Positions 37,985 to 51,468 are shown, counted from the first letter of the stretch. The stretch: 64,000 nucleotides of DNA from Amoebidium appalachense (GCA_963693365.1 CAVNZM010000010.1:1426001-1490000), one strand, 5' to 3'. A program made the numbers and translations. The notes: generated from the sequence alone by a model not told the origin.

Positions 37985-39395
37985 GGGGGAGAAAGGAGGT
38001 GGGAAGAGAGAGGGAGAGAGGGAGGCAGAGAGATAGAGAGGAGAGGGAGTGAGAGAGAGAGAGAGAGAGATAGAGAGCAAGGAGAGAGGGGAGGGGGGGA
38101 GAGGAGGGGGGAGAGAGAGAGAGAGAGAGTGTGTGTGTGTGTGTGTGTGTGTGTGGAGAGACAGAGAGAGACACACAGAGAGAGAGTAAGAAAGAGTGAA
38201 AGAGAGAGAGAGAGAGTGTGTGTGTGTATAAAAACATGGGATAAGTGACTCCAAATAAAACAAAAGTCCGAAGTGAAGATAATGTGATGATAGAGGTGGG
38301 GAACGTTGAGCCGATGTAGAGCAAGTGTGCTCAAGAGTGCATCTCTGACTTTGACTCTACTCTCCCTTCGTCATGCACACGTGCGCGCGCACACACACAC
38401 ACTTTCTTTCTCTCACTCTCACTCTCTCTTCCCTCCCCCCCCCCTCCCCCCAACTCTCTCTCTCTCTCTCTCTCTCCAGCTCTCATTTTTTCTCCCCCCC
38501 TTCCCCCTCCCCCCCCCCCCCCCCCCCCCCCCCCCTTTCCTCTCTGCCTTTCTCCCTTCCTCTCCCTGTCCCTCTGCCTCAACAGGCCGGCAAGTGTTAA
38601 GAGGGGGTATGTGTACGGACTAAAATAGGAAACACGACGAGACAAAAGTACCTCAATATCATGATGCATTAGAGCAACCATCACAGGAGGCAGATCTACG
38701 TGGGAGCATGGTCCCATCTCCTTTGTTTCCGGGCACGGTTTGGTCAACTTCCCGTTCAGACTCACATGTTTTCCAGTCCAACTCGAAGCCTTCTCTCCCT
38801 CCGCTCGCTGCAATTCCTCCAAAGCTTCCCTTTTCTTTCTCTCTTTCTCTCTCTCCTTCTCCCGTGCCTCTTCCTCCCTCAGTTGCTTTTGCTGTTCTGC
38901 AATTTGCTGGAGGAACTTAGCACCGGGCTTCGTTTTCTTTTTGCGTTTTGTGTTAGGAGTAGACCCATCCTCCTCCGTTTCCTCCTCGTCTTCTTCTTTC
39001 ACGTTCTTTTTCTTTCCTGTTTGGGGCTTTTCAATCACTTTTTCCGCCTTTTGCTTCTTTCCTTTTGTCTTTGGCTCTTCAACTTTTTCCTCAGGTTCTT
39101 CCACCTCCTCTTCCTCCTTGACAACGGGGGGAAGTTTTGCAGCAACGAGCGAGTATTCACCAACGCGTACAACCAGGTGCATAAGGAACAAGAAGAATGA
39201 GAAAACCAATACGAAAAGGATGAAATCACGCCATACATCAAAAAGCACAAACATGGAGTAGAGTTGGTTGAGGATCCCGCCTACGGGAACAAGGAAAAGC
39301 CCAGCAAAGAGGGCCACGAGTCCCATTTGACCGACAGATTGGGGAGGCCATGCTTTTGGCTCGTGCTCTGCTTGCCTAATAGCTTCCGATTCCAT
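34663..39395 (-). CDS. Membrane-anchored ankyrin-repeat protein with CCCH-like and MYND-type zinc fingers, 3 exons, ~491 aa
   Basis: Exons 39395-38652, 36512-36203, 35084-34663, phase-consistent. Two N-terminal hydrophobic segments and an E/K-rich coil. Ankyrin motifs PPVMVALMHHDIE|VAKDLV, DGTTVLSLA, RQTPAMVAASKGFVRLVSLLADKG, NGNTAMMLAAQSG|NMSCV. C-terminal CTWC...CASC...YYC...C...H...C (MYND). Confidence 0.85.
36721..37335. repeat. Diverged intronic duplication (~130-bp units)
   Basis: gaatg(c/t)ggaaca...cgaagtac...ggtgcaggacacatg...cataagcagagcc(c/g)atcctca at ~36721-36852 and ~37196-37335. Confidence 0.7.
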
Positions 39396-39774
39396 TTTGG
39401 CTGTTGTAAAGGCTTGGTCCAATTACTATCCACTTACATTCAGAAATAAGTGTTGGCTGGTACACGAAGATTTTAGTTCTCGTTGCTCAGCGGAAAACAC
39501 GGCAGCCGATGTAGCATAAATATTGGAATCATAAAGCACTTTACATCGCCTATAGGTGTTCGATCGTGGCAATCGGTTTGATTTTCATGTGCATCGGATC
39601 CATTGAACAGTGAGTGTCAGTTTTGGCGCCAGTTTCTCCCTCGCGCTGTCTCGGACAGGCAGACAGGCTGAGAGACCATCAGTAAAGCTCAGCTAGCGAG
39701 CGCTCAGTTCAAAAACACTGAAACCAACCTTGGGAAAGTAAGACTCACACGGGGCCCCATTTTTAGTCACCAAC

Positions 39775-40280
39775 ATGCCAAGAAAAACTAAAAAAGCAGG
39801 TGGCAGGCCTAGCCAATTATAAAAAGCGCCAGACAGGCACTCGGTTCACACACACAGCCGACACAGAAACGTTAACAAGCACACAAGGGGTAAACGAAAA
39901 CATCGATGCACATACACTGCAAACATCCACACAGAATAACGACCAGAGCTTTCAGTTACCTTTGCACGCTCAGAGCGAGCAAGAAAAAGCAGACGGGCAC
40001 ATTCAGCAGGCACAGTCAAAGAGCAAACAACCACATGCAAAAACCAAAGAGCACACTCTTGTTGCTGAGGTTCTGCGCAAATCACATGCTTCAGACATTG
40101 AGAAAGTAATACCAGATACCAATACGGAACTGAAAAATGTTGTGCTTTCAGATTCCGAGGTGCATTCATCGGAAGCGGGCTCTGAGTCAGAGGGCTACGA
40201 CGGTTCACATGCACCACGCATAAAACGCAAACGGGCAACCAAGGCCGAGATGGAACACTGTGCACACCGCCTTTCGGTTA
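39775..40280 (+). pseudogene. Possible frameshifted coding remnant (basic N-terminus, acidic/Ser-rich stretch, NLS-like RIKRKR); origin unknown, possibly transposon-derived
   Basis: ATG at 39775 gives MPRKTKKAGGRPS then a stop; a one-base shift joins it to the ~150-codon non-repetitive frame NYKKRQTG...SDSEVHSSEAGSESEGYDG...RIKRKRATKAEMEH. No recognisable domain. Confidence 0.35.
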
Positions 40281-40331
40281 TGTTTTTTTTTTTGTTTTAT
40301 TTTGTTTTTTTTATTTCTTTTTTTTTTTTTT

Positions 40332-40362
<31 letters not shown>

Positions 40363-40374
40363 TGCACACGAACC

Positions 40375-40426
<52 letters not shown>

Positions 40427-40607
40427 ATCTCTCTCTCTCCCTCTCTCTCTTCTCTCTCTCTCTCTCTCTCTCTTTCTCCTTGATAGTGCCTCACTCTCAC
40501 TCTCCCTTTTTCTGTCAGTGAGTCTGAAACACTTTTTATTTTAGTGCGTCCGACTGTCTCTTTACGTACAGTGTCTAGAGGCTCTCTCTCTCTCTCTTTC
40601 TCTCTCG

Positions 40608-40659
<52 letters not shown>

Positions 40660-40667
40660 CCCCCCCT

Positions 40668-40768
<101 letters not shown>

Positions 40769-40785
40769 CAATCCCCCGGTCCCCG

Positions 40786-40855
<70 letters not shown>

Positions 40856-41391
40856 AGTGTGCACAAATTTATGCACTTGAAGTCCTGACCAATCCGTGGC
40901 ACCAACGAAACGTCGTCATTTCTGATTAGGCAAAAATGGCTAATGAGATGCATAGTTGTGTCAACATCTATTCCGAAGCTCTAAAGCGTGCAAGCCTGGC
41001 AGGCCCCAGGGCTAACGGTACCAGACCGTCAGTATGATGTGAAGGGACAAAGGCTTGCAAAAGAATTCAAACAAACCAGCGTTGTTGAGTTCTCTCTCTC
41101 TTTTTTTGGTAAGAAATGTATAAAGTAGGCCGATGCCGAACATATCCCGAACCAATCAAAATGTCCCTACGTCATTCTTTTCCAATTGGTTTTTTCTATC
41201 CAATGCTTAGCTGCATAATTTAGCCAAATTCAGTAAGTGCATAATTATGATGACGACATCAAGGTGCCAAAAAAAATATATACGTAGCCGAAAAGTTCGC
41301 AGTTGAACCTGACTGGGCTTGGCAGAATTCTCTTTTAGTTCTTTTCCAGCCCTCGACTTTTCTATTCTCAACATCATTCTAAATCACTACA

Positions 41392-41805
41392 ATGGCTTCC
41401 ACCGCTGCGTCCATGTGGCGCCGCCTCAACATCACCCATTGGGACATACACTTCTACTTCGACCACACCGTGGAAGCAAGCGTCACATCGGCACTCGAAA
41501 TTCACCAAGCCCTAAAGAAGACCTTCCCATCCATGAAGGTTTTCGAGCCGCTAACCAAGGCCGCCGGCCCACATCCCATGGGCATGTGGGAGGCCCACAT
41601 GGTTAACGAGCAGCAGTTTGGCGAGGCAGTTGCATGGCTTGCCTTTAACAGGCGGGATCACTCTGTGCTTGTGCATCCAAATACAACCGGCACGGGTCCC
41701 AAGGGGATGGAGGACGACCACTCCATTCATGCAATGTGGCTGGGAACGCCACTACAGCTGGACCTCGAATTCCTCCGCGGCTACGCTGCCACCCACGCTA
41801 CATAA
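41392..41805 (+). CDS. DOPA 4,5-dioxygenase family protein (Amanita DODA / bacterial type), paralogue 1, intronless, 137 aa
   Basis: Family motifs WDIHFYF, GPHPMGMWE, FGEAVAWLAFNRRDHSVLVHP, DHSIHAMWLGTPLQL. Confidence 0.88.
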   Translation: MASTAASMWRRLNITHWDIHFYFDHTVEASVTSALEIHQALKKTFPSMKVFEPLTKAAGPHPMGMWEAHMVNEQQFGEAVAWLAFNRRDHSVLVHPNTTGTGPKGMEDDHSIHAMWLGTPLQLDLEFLRGYAATHAT

Positions 41806-42369
41806 CTTACATAATTTAGTTAGCCGGACCCAAGTGCGCCACGGTATGTCTCTGTGCGTTGGGATGAGGGGGGGGGGAGGGGAGGGGCGAAGGAGAAATA
41901 GAGAGAGAGCCTGAGGAGGGTCCTGAGGAGGGGAGGGGGGGGGGGGGGGGGGGGGAGGGTATGGATGTCACTATATTATGTAACTATTGGTTGTGGCACG
42001 TAGCCATGCTTTTCTTAGTGTGAAAGCGTATCATAGTTTCAAGTGACTTTTATGCACAGTACATTGTTGAACTGGACCTCCTCTTTTTCATGGGGACTAA
42101 TAGTACTAAATGGATTAGTTTTTCTTTGTTTTATTATACCCTCTAAAAGCCACTCCTTTTGGTCAGAACTCTGTAAGCCTTGTAGTGTAAGTAAGTTAGT
42201 TTAGAGGCCGTGGGGGATCCGAAGAGGTGGCCCGTAGTCCCGGGGGGGGGGGTAGGGAGGGTTGACCAGGAATGTGAAGCCAGTCAGTGATAACGTTTAG
42301 CTAATAGGCCAAGTTGAGCCAATAAAGCTGTATAGTCCTTAGACATCTGTGCACGTCAAGTACTAGCCG

Positions 42370-42422
<53 letters not shown>

Positions 42423-44421
42423 ACACACAGGCACACCTTCACCACCACCAACCCCCACTTGTTCCGTCTCCATAAATATGACGCGAGCAGCGGTGGTGTG
42501 TGCGGTCACAAGGTGACCACACACACACACACACACACACACACAGGCACCGTGATACGAGCAAAAACACACACGAACACATACACACTTGCATTAACGT
42601 TAACAGCTTCCAAAAAAACATGCACACCGTTGGAACCCAAGTCAACGCCCTCCCCATCGGCCCTTCGTAGGCCTCCTTACCTTTCTCCCCCCCTCTCTCT
42701 CTTCCGCTCACCCCTCGCTCTCTCACCCCCCCCTCTATCTCCTTCTCCCCCTCCCCAACTCCCTCTCCTTTCCTTGCTCCCTCCCCCCTCCCCAGGGCCC
42801 TCCTCCCCCTACATCTACGTCTATTTCCTCTCCCTCTCCAACTCCCCTCTCTCAAAACTCCCACCCTCCCTTCCCTCTTCCCTTCTCTCCCTGTCCCTCC
42901 CTCCCTCCCTTCCCCAAAACCCTCTCCCCCTTTGCCCGTTTCTTCACCCCATCCCCTACCCTCCCCCCCCCCCCCCCCCCCCCCGGCCCCGCCCCTCCCC
43001 ACCCCCTCCCCGCCCCATCAAATCGTTGTCCATGTCGGTTTCGGCTCGTCAACACCAAGTCTGCTGCAGTTTTAAGTCCGTCCTATCCCCAGCGCTACCC
43101 ACCTCCCCCGGCCCATTCACAAACACTTCCTATCCACCCAATAGGCACAAAACTGACACACACAAACACACACGCGCACAGACACGTACACGGACACAAA
43201 CGCACAAGACACACACGCCCACACATGCACACACACACACGCATGCCCGTACATGCACGCACACACACGCACACACGTACGGCAGTACGGGGAACAAGTA
43301 CGCACACCCACCCAGTGGCACCTACACACACACACACCAACGTGCACATCCATCTTTGTGCCATTTCTACCTACCCCAGCATCAGCTTCACTCACCGAAC
43401 AACTAGCGTTGGTAAGGTAGTAGAAATGAAATTGATAGGCCCCCCACTGCGAACATATCTTTAACCTGTAACCTGGCACGTTCTAACTTAGCCCCCTATA
43501 ACCGTCCCGGCGGCGGTTAAGCCAACTCTGGCTCAATTCAGCGCAGGTTTAGGGGATCCCAGATCATCCCACGTAAACTGATCGATGGTGTTAAAGCGCA
43601 GTGCCGCACAGAAGCCTTGGATTTTGACATTTTAGACGTTTTTAGGTATGTTTCTGCACAGCTTTGCACTTGACTACACTCTGTTTACTGACGAGAAAAA
43701 AGAAAGTTCAACAGTCCTCACGCACGTTTCTACAAGACTCTTCTCTTGAGTCAAAAGCAAGAGCGCTGTGATGCTGTGTAAACCAATGATATGGATCGTC
43801 ATGAGATGTTGTTTAGACCAATCAAAACAGGTTTACGTCACGGGTTTGCAAGTGCATGCTCAAGATGACGTCACTAACTCCACCACTGATCAGGGTTTGA
43901 ATTATGACTCAAAGACGTGGTATTGCGAAAACAGAAACCCCATAAGATGTGCAAGAGGCTCCTATTTTATTAGTCAGATTGATTGTAAGACGATTTCAAA
44001 CGCCCGTATTGTGCACAAATACCATCAAAGACGCCGCCCCGAGCAAACCCTACGGGGTGGCAAGCACATGCGGTACCTCTGGCTACAGTGAGGCAAAAAC
44101 ACAAACAAAGAAGTCCCTTGAAAAGAGAGAAATAGGTTGAGAAATTGACAGCAGAAGACGGAACAAGAATTGCATGCCCTTTCTTTCTGTACAGATATCT
44201 GCTTGGGAAACTCCATGGTCAGTGGTCGATACACTTGCAAGACCTACACACCATACCCGAGCTCGAGGGTTGCCAACACCACACATGTCACCAAGCTGCT
44301 AACGTGATTGCAAGCTACCGTAAACGACAAGAATTAGAAACAGTAAGTTCAACTAATTTATTTAACAGCCGTTACTCTCAAGGAATACGAAAGACTTGCC
44401 GATTTCAAAATTAACGCCACC

Positions 44422-44817
44422 ATGGCTTCCTCATCCGCTTCCATCTGGCGCAAGCTCAACATCACCCACTGGGACATCCACTTCTACTTCGACCACACCA
44501 ACGAAGCAAGCGTCTCGTCTGCAAATGAAATTCGCCAAGGCTTGAAGAGCACCTTCCCATCTTTGCGCGTTTTTGACATGGTAAACCGCCCCATCGGCCC
44601 ACACCCAGTGGGCATGTTCGAGGCACACATCGTCAACGAACAGCAGTTTGGAGAAGTGGTAGCGTGGCTTGCCTTTAACAGAAAGGATCATTCCGTGCTT
44701 TTTCACCCGAACGCTTCAGGCAACGGTGCCAAGGGGGCTGAGAATGACCACACTATTCACGCCGTGTGGTTGGGGACACCGCTGACACTAGATCTCAAGA
44801 TTTTCCGCCGGTGTTAG
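44422..44817 (+). CDS. DOPA 4,5-dioxygenase family protein, paralogue 2, intronless, 131 aa
   Basis: Motifs WDIHFYF, IGPHPVGMFE, VVAWLAFNRKDHSVLFHP, DHTIHAVWLGTPLTL. About 70% aa identity to paralogue 1 by hand count (39 differences in 131 positions, no gaps). Start context ccaccATGG. Confidence 0.88.
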   Translation: MASSSASIWRKLNITHWDIHFYFDHTNEASVSSANEIRQGLKSTFPSLRVFDMVNRPIGPHPVGMFEAHIVNEQQFGEVVAWLAFNRKDHSVLFHPNASGNGAKGAENDHTIHAVWLGTPLTLDLKIFRRC

Positions 44818-46298
44818 CCATGTCGTTATCCTATTTTTTTTTGATTGTTTTTTTTTTTTTTTTCCCCGAAGAATGGAAGGACAGGGAAGGAGCTGCTGGG
44901 GGAGTGAGGATGGCTCTTTGCCTTATCTGAGAAGTGTATGTGTGTTGAGAGTGCTTCCTTTGTACGATGCCTCTAGGACCTTTTTTCGCCTCTTTTTTTC
45001 TTTGCCTTTCGTTTTGTATATAGTATCTGGAAAATATAAGCCCCTTTGCTTTAAGCAAGGGGATATAGCTCATATATATTCAACCACGCAGGAAAGGCAC
45101 GGATGTATCTTGTATGTATGCAGCCTACCATGTCAAATTCAAGTAAGAATTTGCTTCGTGACATAATAGACCACTGTCAAAGCTTCAGGTGTAACGAACA
45201 CCTGCAAACTTCGTTGAAGATCTTGTGCGTGCATGCATGTCCAGGTTACAGTTTGCCTCGTGCTGTTACCATGCATATGTCCTGTTTCACATTGCGCCTC
45301 AAATAAATTGATATCCGTGATGTGGTCGTTTTTGCCGTAACGTGCCCATTTGAAAGTGACCCTCTTTGCTCAACCAAATGCAGCTAAGGCCCCACACATG
45401 CGTTGCAATTATCCGGCATATGTTCATGTGTGCATCCACACGCTCAGTGCTCTGCAGGGGCTGTTTACTGAGGGCAGCACGGGAATGCACACCTGATTGC
45501 TCTCGTGTACGTAGTCTCCACAAATAGGTCAACGCCTGCAAGTCAGTACATATACCCATCATACGTCACGATACCTTCCCCGACCGTCTGCCCATCCCCC
45601 TCCCCCCTCCCCCCCCCCCCCCCCCCCCCCAACCCTTGCCGGCACACAACTTTTCGGAAAGTTCCCCTCCCCCCCTTCCCCCGTGCACCCCCCCCTGGCA
45701 CCCCCTCTCCACCCCCCCCCCCCCCCCCCCCCCCCGCCCCCCCTGCCCCCGCCCCGCCCCGCCGCTCGCCCGTCACGCCCACACAAACCCAAAGCAACCC
45801 CCTCCCCATTTTCTCACCCCTTCGAATTCCTCCCGAAACACACTCCTTCCCCTGGCACTTAGCCTGTCGGACACGCGGCCTGCACAGCCCTGGGCGCCGG
45901 CAGGGTTGCGCAACTAGAAGTGGCAACACGTCAAAAACATTATTGCCCTAAAATGGCTAAATATCGCGCAAATATTTAACTAAAAGCAATCAGTAATTGT
46001 TTCATTGGTTGATGCTCACGTATTCATCTAGCCGAAGATCTATTGCCAGCTCCCTCCGACGGAAGACGGTTCACTCTCGCCTGTTCATTTCTCGTTGTGA
46101 ACTGTCGCTCGTAGTTTCCGACCAGGAATATTTTTTTCACCCTGCACCTTTATACTCGGCTACAATACGCTCGTTCACGTGCGTGAAAGCACCCACATAT
46201 AGCTTACTGGCACTAGGTCATCATTCTCGAAAAATAAACAAGAATCTTTGCGCTTTGCATCCGAACGAACTGTTCCCTTCTGCTTGTTTTGTTCACAG

Positions 46299-47934
46299 GT
46301 TGAGCTCTGCAACTGTTTTTGAAAAACAGGGCACATCGACAGCTTTCACTGGTTACAAGGTTAGGGATGTACCCTCCTCCCCTCCCCCTTTCTCAGTCTG
46401 AACTACCTCCCCGTCTCTTGAGGCACACACACACACACACCTTCACAGAGAAACAAGACAACTCTTTGGCAAACGCACACCCACGTGCACGCTCGCGTAA
46501 ATATGAACACCACCCTCACCACCACCTAAGAACCAGGTGCTTCTACTCTCGTACGCAGCCACAAGCAAAGTCTTTTTGTTGTCATCTTATCATCCATCTG
46601 TGCTCTATACGGTTTTGAAATAGAACTGTGTGGTTCTACTGAGAGTATTGCTGTATACCCACTCAAAAACGCACGGGTTCCGCTCACGTCTTCAGCACCA
46701 GTTTCACTTATATCCATGCCGAGTTGTGCCGATTCCAGCCATTCCCCCTCAACCCATTACTTCTTCACCCCTTCCCCCTTCCTCCCTCGCCTCCTTCTTA
46801 TCCCCCTCCCCTCCCCCCCCCAAAACACACACACACCCACACACAACACACATACACGCACACACACACATACACGACAAGCGCCATTCATTTTGTCAAC
46901 CTCCCGTTCCACTGAATTACCCTTTTGTAATCGTTTTAACAACTGTTGTGTCCTAACACGCCCTCTGTTCTACACGCACATCTTTTCGCTTTCTTGTGCT
47001 TTTGTTTTTTGTTTTTTTTGCTCTGCCTTACCATCCCCCCCCCCCCCCCCCCCCCTCCCGTCCTCCCTCTCCTTCCCCCCCCCCCTCTCCCCCCCACCCC
47101 CCCCTGCCCCCGGCCCCCGTTGCACCACCTCCCCTCTCTTTACACCTTTGCCATAATTATCCTCCACTCCCAGCCCCCCCACCCCCTCCCCACATTTTTT
47201 TTTTGCCGTTAAATTTCCAGACCCCCCCACTCCCCCTCCCCCCTCCCCCCGTTCTATGTATGTGTTCTACTTGTGTTTGCCGCTTCATTACATTGTAAGT
47301 GCCTTCTCGTGCACATAACATTCGCGCCCTCCCCCGCCCACCCGCCCGCCAAACTGTGCACGCTGTTGTGATGATTCCTCTGTGTTTGTGACAAGCGGTG
47401 TAGAATGTGCAATCATCTCTAACCCCTCTCCCCCCTCCCCCCTCCCCCCCATTCCCCTCCCCCTGGCTGTGCAAAGTGACCCCTCCCTCCCCTCTCCCTC
47501 CCCCCCCCCCCCCCCCCCCTCCCCTCTTCCCCTCCCTACTGCCCACTGATGACTTGCACATTTCTGTTTTCTCTCTTGTGTTTGTTTCTTCGCCTTTGTG
47601 CCTCTGCCCTTTTGGTGTCGCCCACAAAGTGATGTGTGCATGCTACCCGCATTCCCATGATCCCAAACCCTTTTTCCGCATGAATCTTTTTTTCAGCTTT
47701 CTGCATGACTTTCTTCGTTGTAAATATTTTGTCAAATCTCTCCCCTCCCTCCACCCCCTTCCCCCCCGCCCCTTCCCACCGTCGTGGGTGATAGTCTCTC
47801 TTTGTGTTGCTGCACGGAATGTGTTTTTTCTTTTCTTTTCTTTTCTTTCCTTTTTTTCCCACGGTTTTGCTATCCGTTGCCAAATAGTTGCATGCTTGTG
47901 TACAGCATCTTAACCCCCCCCCACCCCCACCCCG

Positions 47935-47994
<60 letters not shown>

Positions 47995-48115
47995 GACAGA
48001 CAGACAGACAGACAGAACCATGGCGCAGTACAGTGTATTTATGAACAGCCTCCGGTCGATTGAGGAGAGAGCTGAGGCTACCATCCAAAACCCGGCAAAG
48101 TATAACCCCCCCCTC

Positions 48116-48146
<31 letters not shown>

Positions 48147-48328
48147 CCATCTCCACCCCCCCCCCCCCCCCCCCCCGCGGGGCGCTGCACTGCCGCTGCC
48201 CAGCTTCCCGCCCTTTCGAAGTTTTGAGATTGTGGCACGCACAGAGAAGTGCATGAATAGACATACATACACACACGTGTTCGTTGTGCATAAGTGGCCA
48301 TGCACGCACGCTCGAGGGTATAATACGT

Positions 48329-48392
<64 letters not shown>

Positions 48393-48958
48393 CGTTAACA
48401 CGGTCCTTTAGTTTCCACGTTCTCTCTCAAGTTAAGGTGTTCTATTGGGAGGGAAGTTGGAGGATGCGGGATGAATAGTAAAACTTGAGTTTAAAGGGCA
48501 GGGAGTACCTTACGCACGGGCCCACGCACATACATGCACAAACAACACACACATGCACACACTTACGGGAACACACACACACCCTCCCTCTCTTCCCCTC
48601 TCGCAGGGAGTACCTTACGCACGGGCCCACGCACATACATGCACAAACAACACACACATGCACACACTTACGGGAACACACACACACCTTCCCTCTCTTC
48701 CCCTCTCTCTCTTTTTTCTCCCTCCCCCCCCCCCCCCCTCCGTCTCCCTCTCTCTCCCCCCCCCCCTCCTCCTCTCTTTCTCTCCCCCCCCCCTCCCCCC
48801 CTTCTCTCTCTCTCTTGCTCGCCCTCTCCCCCCTGTCTCCCTCTCCCTCTCCCCCTCTCTCCTCTCTCTCTGTTGCCCCCCCCCCCCCCCCCCCCCCCCA
48901 CCCACCCACCCACCCATCTACTCATCTCTGTGTCCCTCTCCCCTACCTCACACACACA

Positions 48959-48996
<38 letters not shown>

Positions 48997-49097
48997 GGCC
49001 AGTTAAACCCGTCACCATTGAGCCTGTGTCGGGGAAGAGGAGGCACGAGGACGGAGGGGGACAACTTTCGGGGAAGATCAACGGTATTCCTTTTTTT

Positions 49098-49172
<75 letters not shown>

Positions 49173-49399
49173 GTCTCTCTGTCTCTCTCCCGCTCTCGCT
49201 CTCTCTCCCTCCCCCCCCCCCCCCCACCACCACCACCACACACGCACACACACACACACACACTTTCCTCCTCTCAGCTTTTTTTCGTTTTTTTCTTTCC
49301 TGTTTTTGGTTGTGATTCGTCCCGTCTCTAGCATGCTTCCCCCCCTCCCACCACGCATTGCGTTTTATGGTGCCTTCTGCGTTCAAAAGCACGTACACG

Positions 49400-49430
<31 letters not shown>

Positions 49431-49876
49431 CTGAAAGAGCAAGAGAATCTTGAAAGGACGGGGAAGTCGGTAAAACTGGAAATGGTTTTTTTTTTTTTTT
49501 TTTTTTGGGGGGGGGGGGGGCTTTACCAATGTTTCAGCCTCATACCGAGAATGGGACTTCAGCATATACACTGTGCCTATAAGAAAACACACACATGCAC
49601 ATGCACACCACAAACACACACACTACACTCAAATATTGTGAACGTGCGCGCATGTGCATGCTAAAAGACATTCACACACATGACACCACTTTGTGCATTT
49701 CATTTTGTTTGCATGAACAAGAAAGAACCCCGCCTTGAATTTCCAATTTTTTCGAACACACACCCACTATTCACATGTGTTTGTTTTCATGTTTTTTCTT
49801 TTCTCTTTTCTCTTTCCCGCCACCACAGCGCACAAGAGATGAGGAGGGAGACGACATGGATCCCCACTACCAATAG
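46299..49876 (+). CDS. Small spliced hypothetical protein, possibly MIT-like/USP8-dimerisation-like helical domain plus charged tail; 5' exons unresolved (probably ~45950-46220)
   Basis: Six GT-AG exons chain in phase without stops: 46299-46359, 46624-46676, 48016-48099, 48998-49083, 49438-49469, 49829-49876, giving LSSATVFEKQGTSTAFTGYKNCVVLLRVLLYTHSKTHGTMAQYSVFMNSLRSIEERAEATIQNPAKPVKPVTIEPVSGKRRHEDGGGQLSGKINEQENLERTGKSRTRDEEGDDMDPHYQ*. The domain guess is pattern-level only. Confidence 0.5.
48498..48703. repeat. Near-perfect ~105-bp intronic tandem duplication
   Basis: gcagggagtaccttacgcacgggcccacgcacatacatgcacaaacaac...ttacgggaacacacacacacc occurs at 48498 and 48603. Confidence 0.9.
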
Positions 49877-50947
49877 AACCCTCCCCCCCCCCCCCCCCCT
49901 CCCCCCTGCCCTCCCGGAGCTCAACTAGAGGGGGTTCCAATTCTTTGAAGTTCAAACAACAAGTGATACGCGCAGGTTATAGCATACCTTACACACACTC
50001 GAGAGCAGACGTGCTAGTTTTACGCAAACATCTTATGGTGGTTGGTCGTTTAGTGGGGAGGGGCGCGGGGGGGGGGGGGGGGGGGGGGGGGGAGGGATGG
50101 TTGGTTGATCCCGTGGTTTTTATTGGGTAATGCATCTTCACTACTGTTTGCATCTGGATAAATGTTTGTGCCAACCAATAATAGTCGGGATTTTTTTTTA
50201 ATAGTATCGGGTGTGGCACCTATCTGAAACAATCGTCCGATTAAGATATGCCATTACACACCGGATCTAACAGTTACACTAAGCAAGTAAAAACTAATAA
50301 CTACTTGAATCTATCACTAATACTAATGGTTAACGTTACATGTGATAGGGCATGATGCACAGTTGATGATGACGGTAGCACATTGCGCATGATGTGTTTG
50401 AACCGTTACTTGGGCAACGATTGCGCACATAAAGGACGGTGAATGCATGCCGCTGCGGGTATAAGAGAATATGATAATCTCTCATTATAACCCATCAGTA
50501 TGGTTTTATGGTTTTTGATTATTTAGAATGACAATTTGATCAATAAATGTCTTCTGTCGCAGAAGTGTGCTTACTGGCAGGAAAACTTCGTCTTAAAGTT
50601 TGTGTGTGTGATTTTTGGTCTTCCTTGGGCTGTACTTGTGCAATATTTTTGTAATGTTTCATGCTTGTACGACATTTGTGTTTTTCTTGGTGGTGTACGT
50701 TTGTATGATCTTTGTGCACTGTTTTCCTTGTGCATTGTTTAGCCAAGCTCCTTGTGCGATTTTTGTGCAATATTCTCACTGTATTTGTGTGTCACTGTCG
50801 TGTGCGTCTAATGTTCTGCGGCATATGTGAGTCTTTGTGCGATATGTATCTAGCTGCGTAAGTTTGGTGCCATATCTGTGTTACACATGCGTGCAATGTT
50901 CTCTCGTTCCCTTCCACCTTCTTCTAATTACGGTGTGCTTTGCTTGG

Positions 50948-51026
<79 letters not shown>

Positions 51027-51235
51027 ACGGCCCCGGGAGGGGTAGGGGAAAAGGTGGTGGTGGTGTGGGGGGGGGGGGGGGGGGGGCGAGGGGGGGAAGG
51101 CCCGGTCCCGAACTATGTGGGTGGTACACGTGACAATCAATATGACAAGCAGTAGAGAGGTGTTTGCACACAGGTACCCTTGAATTTATTCCCCCCCCCC
51201 CCCTTCCCCCCCGCGCCCCGGCACACACATCACGA

Positions 51236-51274
<39 letters not shown>

Positions 51275-51418
51275 GGAACACACGTGCAGCTAGCTGCGTG
51301 CGTGCACATGCACGCCCCTTCTCCTTTTCTTCTCGGTCTCCACCTTGCTCAAGTACCAAATACATGGTGACCATCGTGACGGCGGACAAGGGAATTCTAG
51401 GCCCGGGAGGCCCGGAGG

Positions 51419-51468
<50 letters not shown>

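Noticed and set aside
43460-44414. Possible TTAA-bounded element and short ORFs between the DOPA dioxygenase paralogues
   Set aside because: No matching terminal inverted repeats and no recognisable protein motif.
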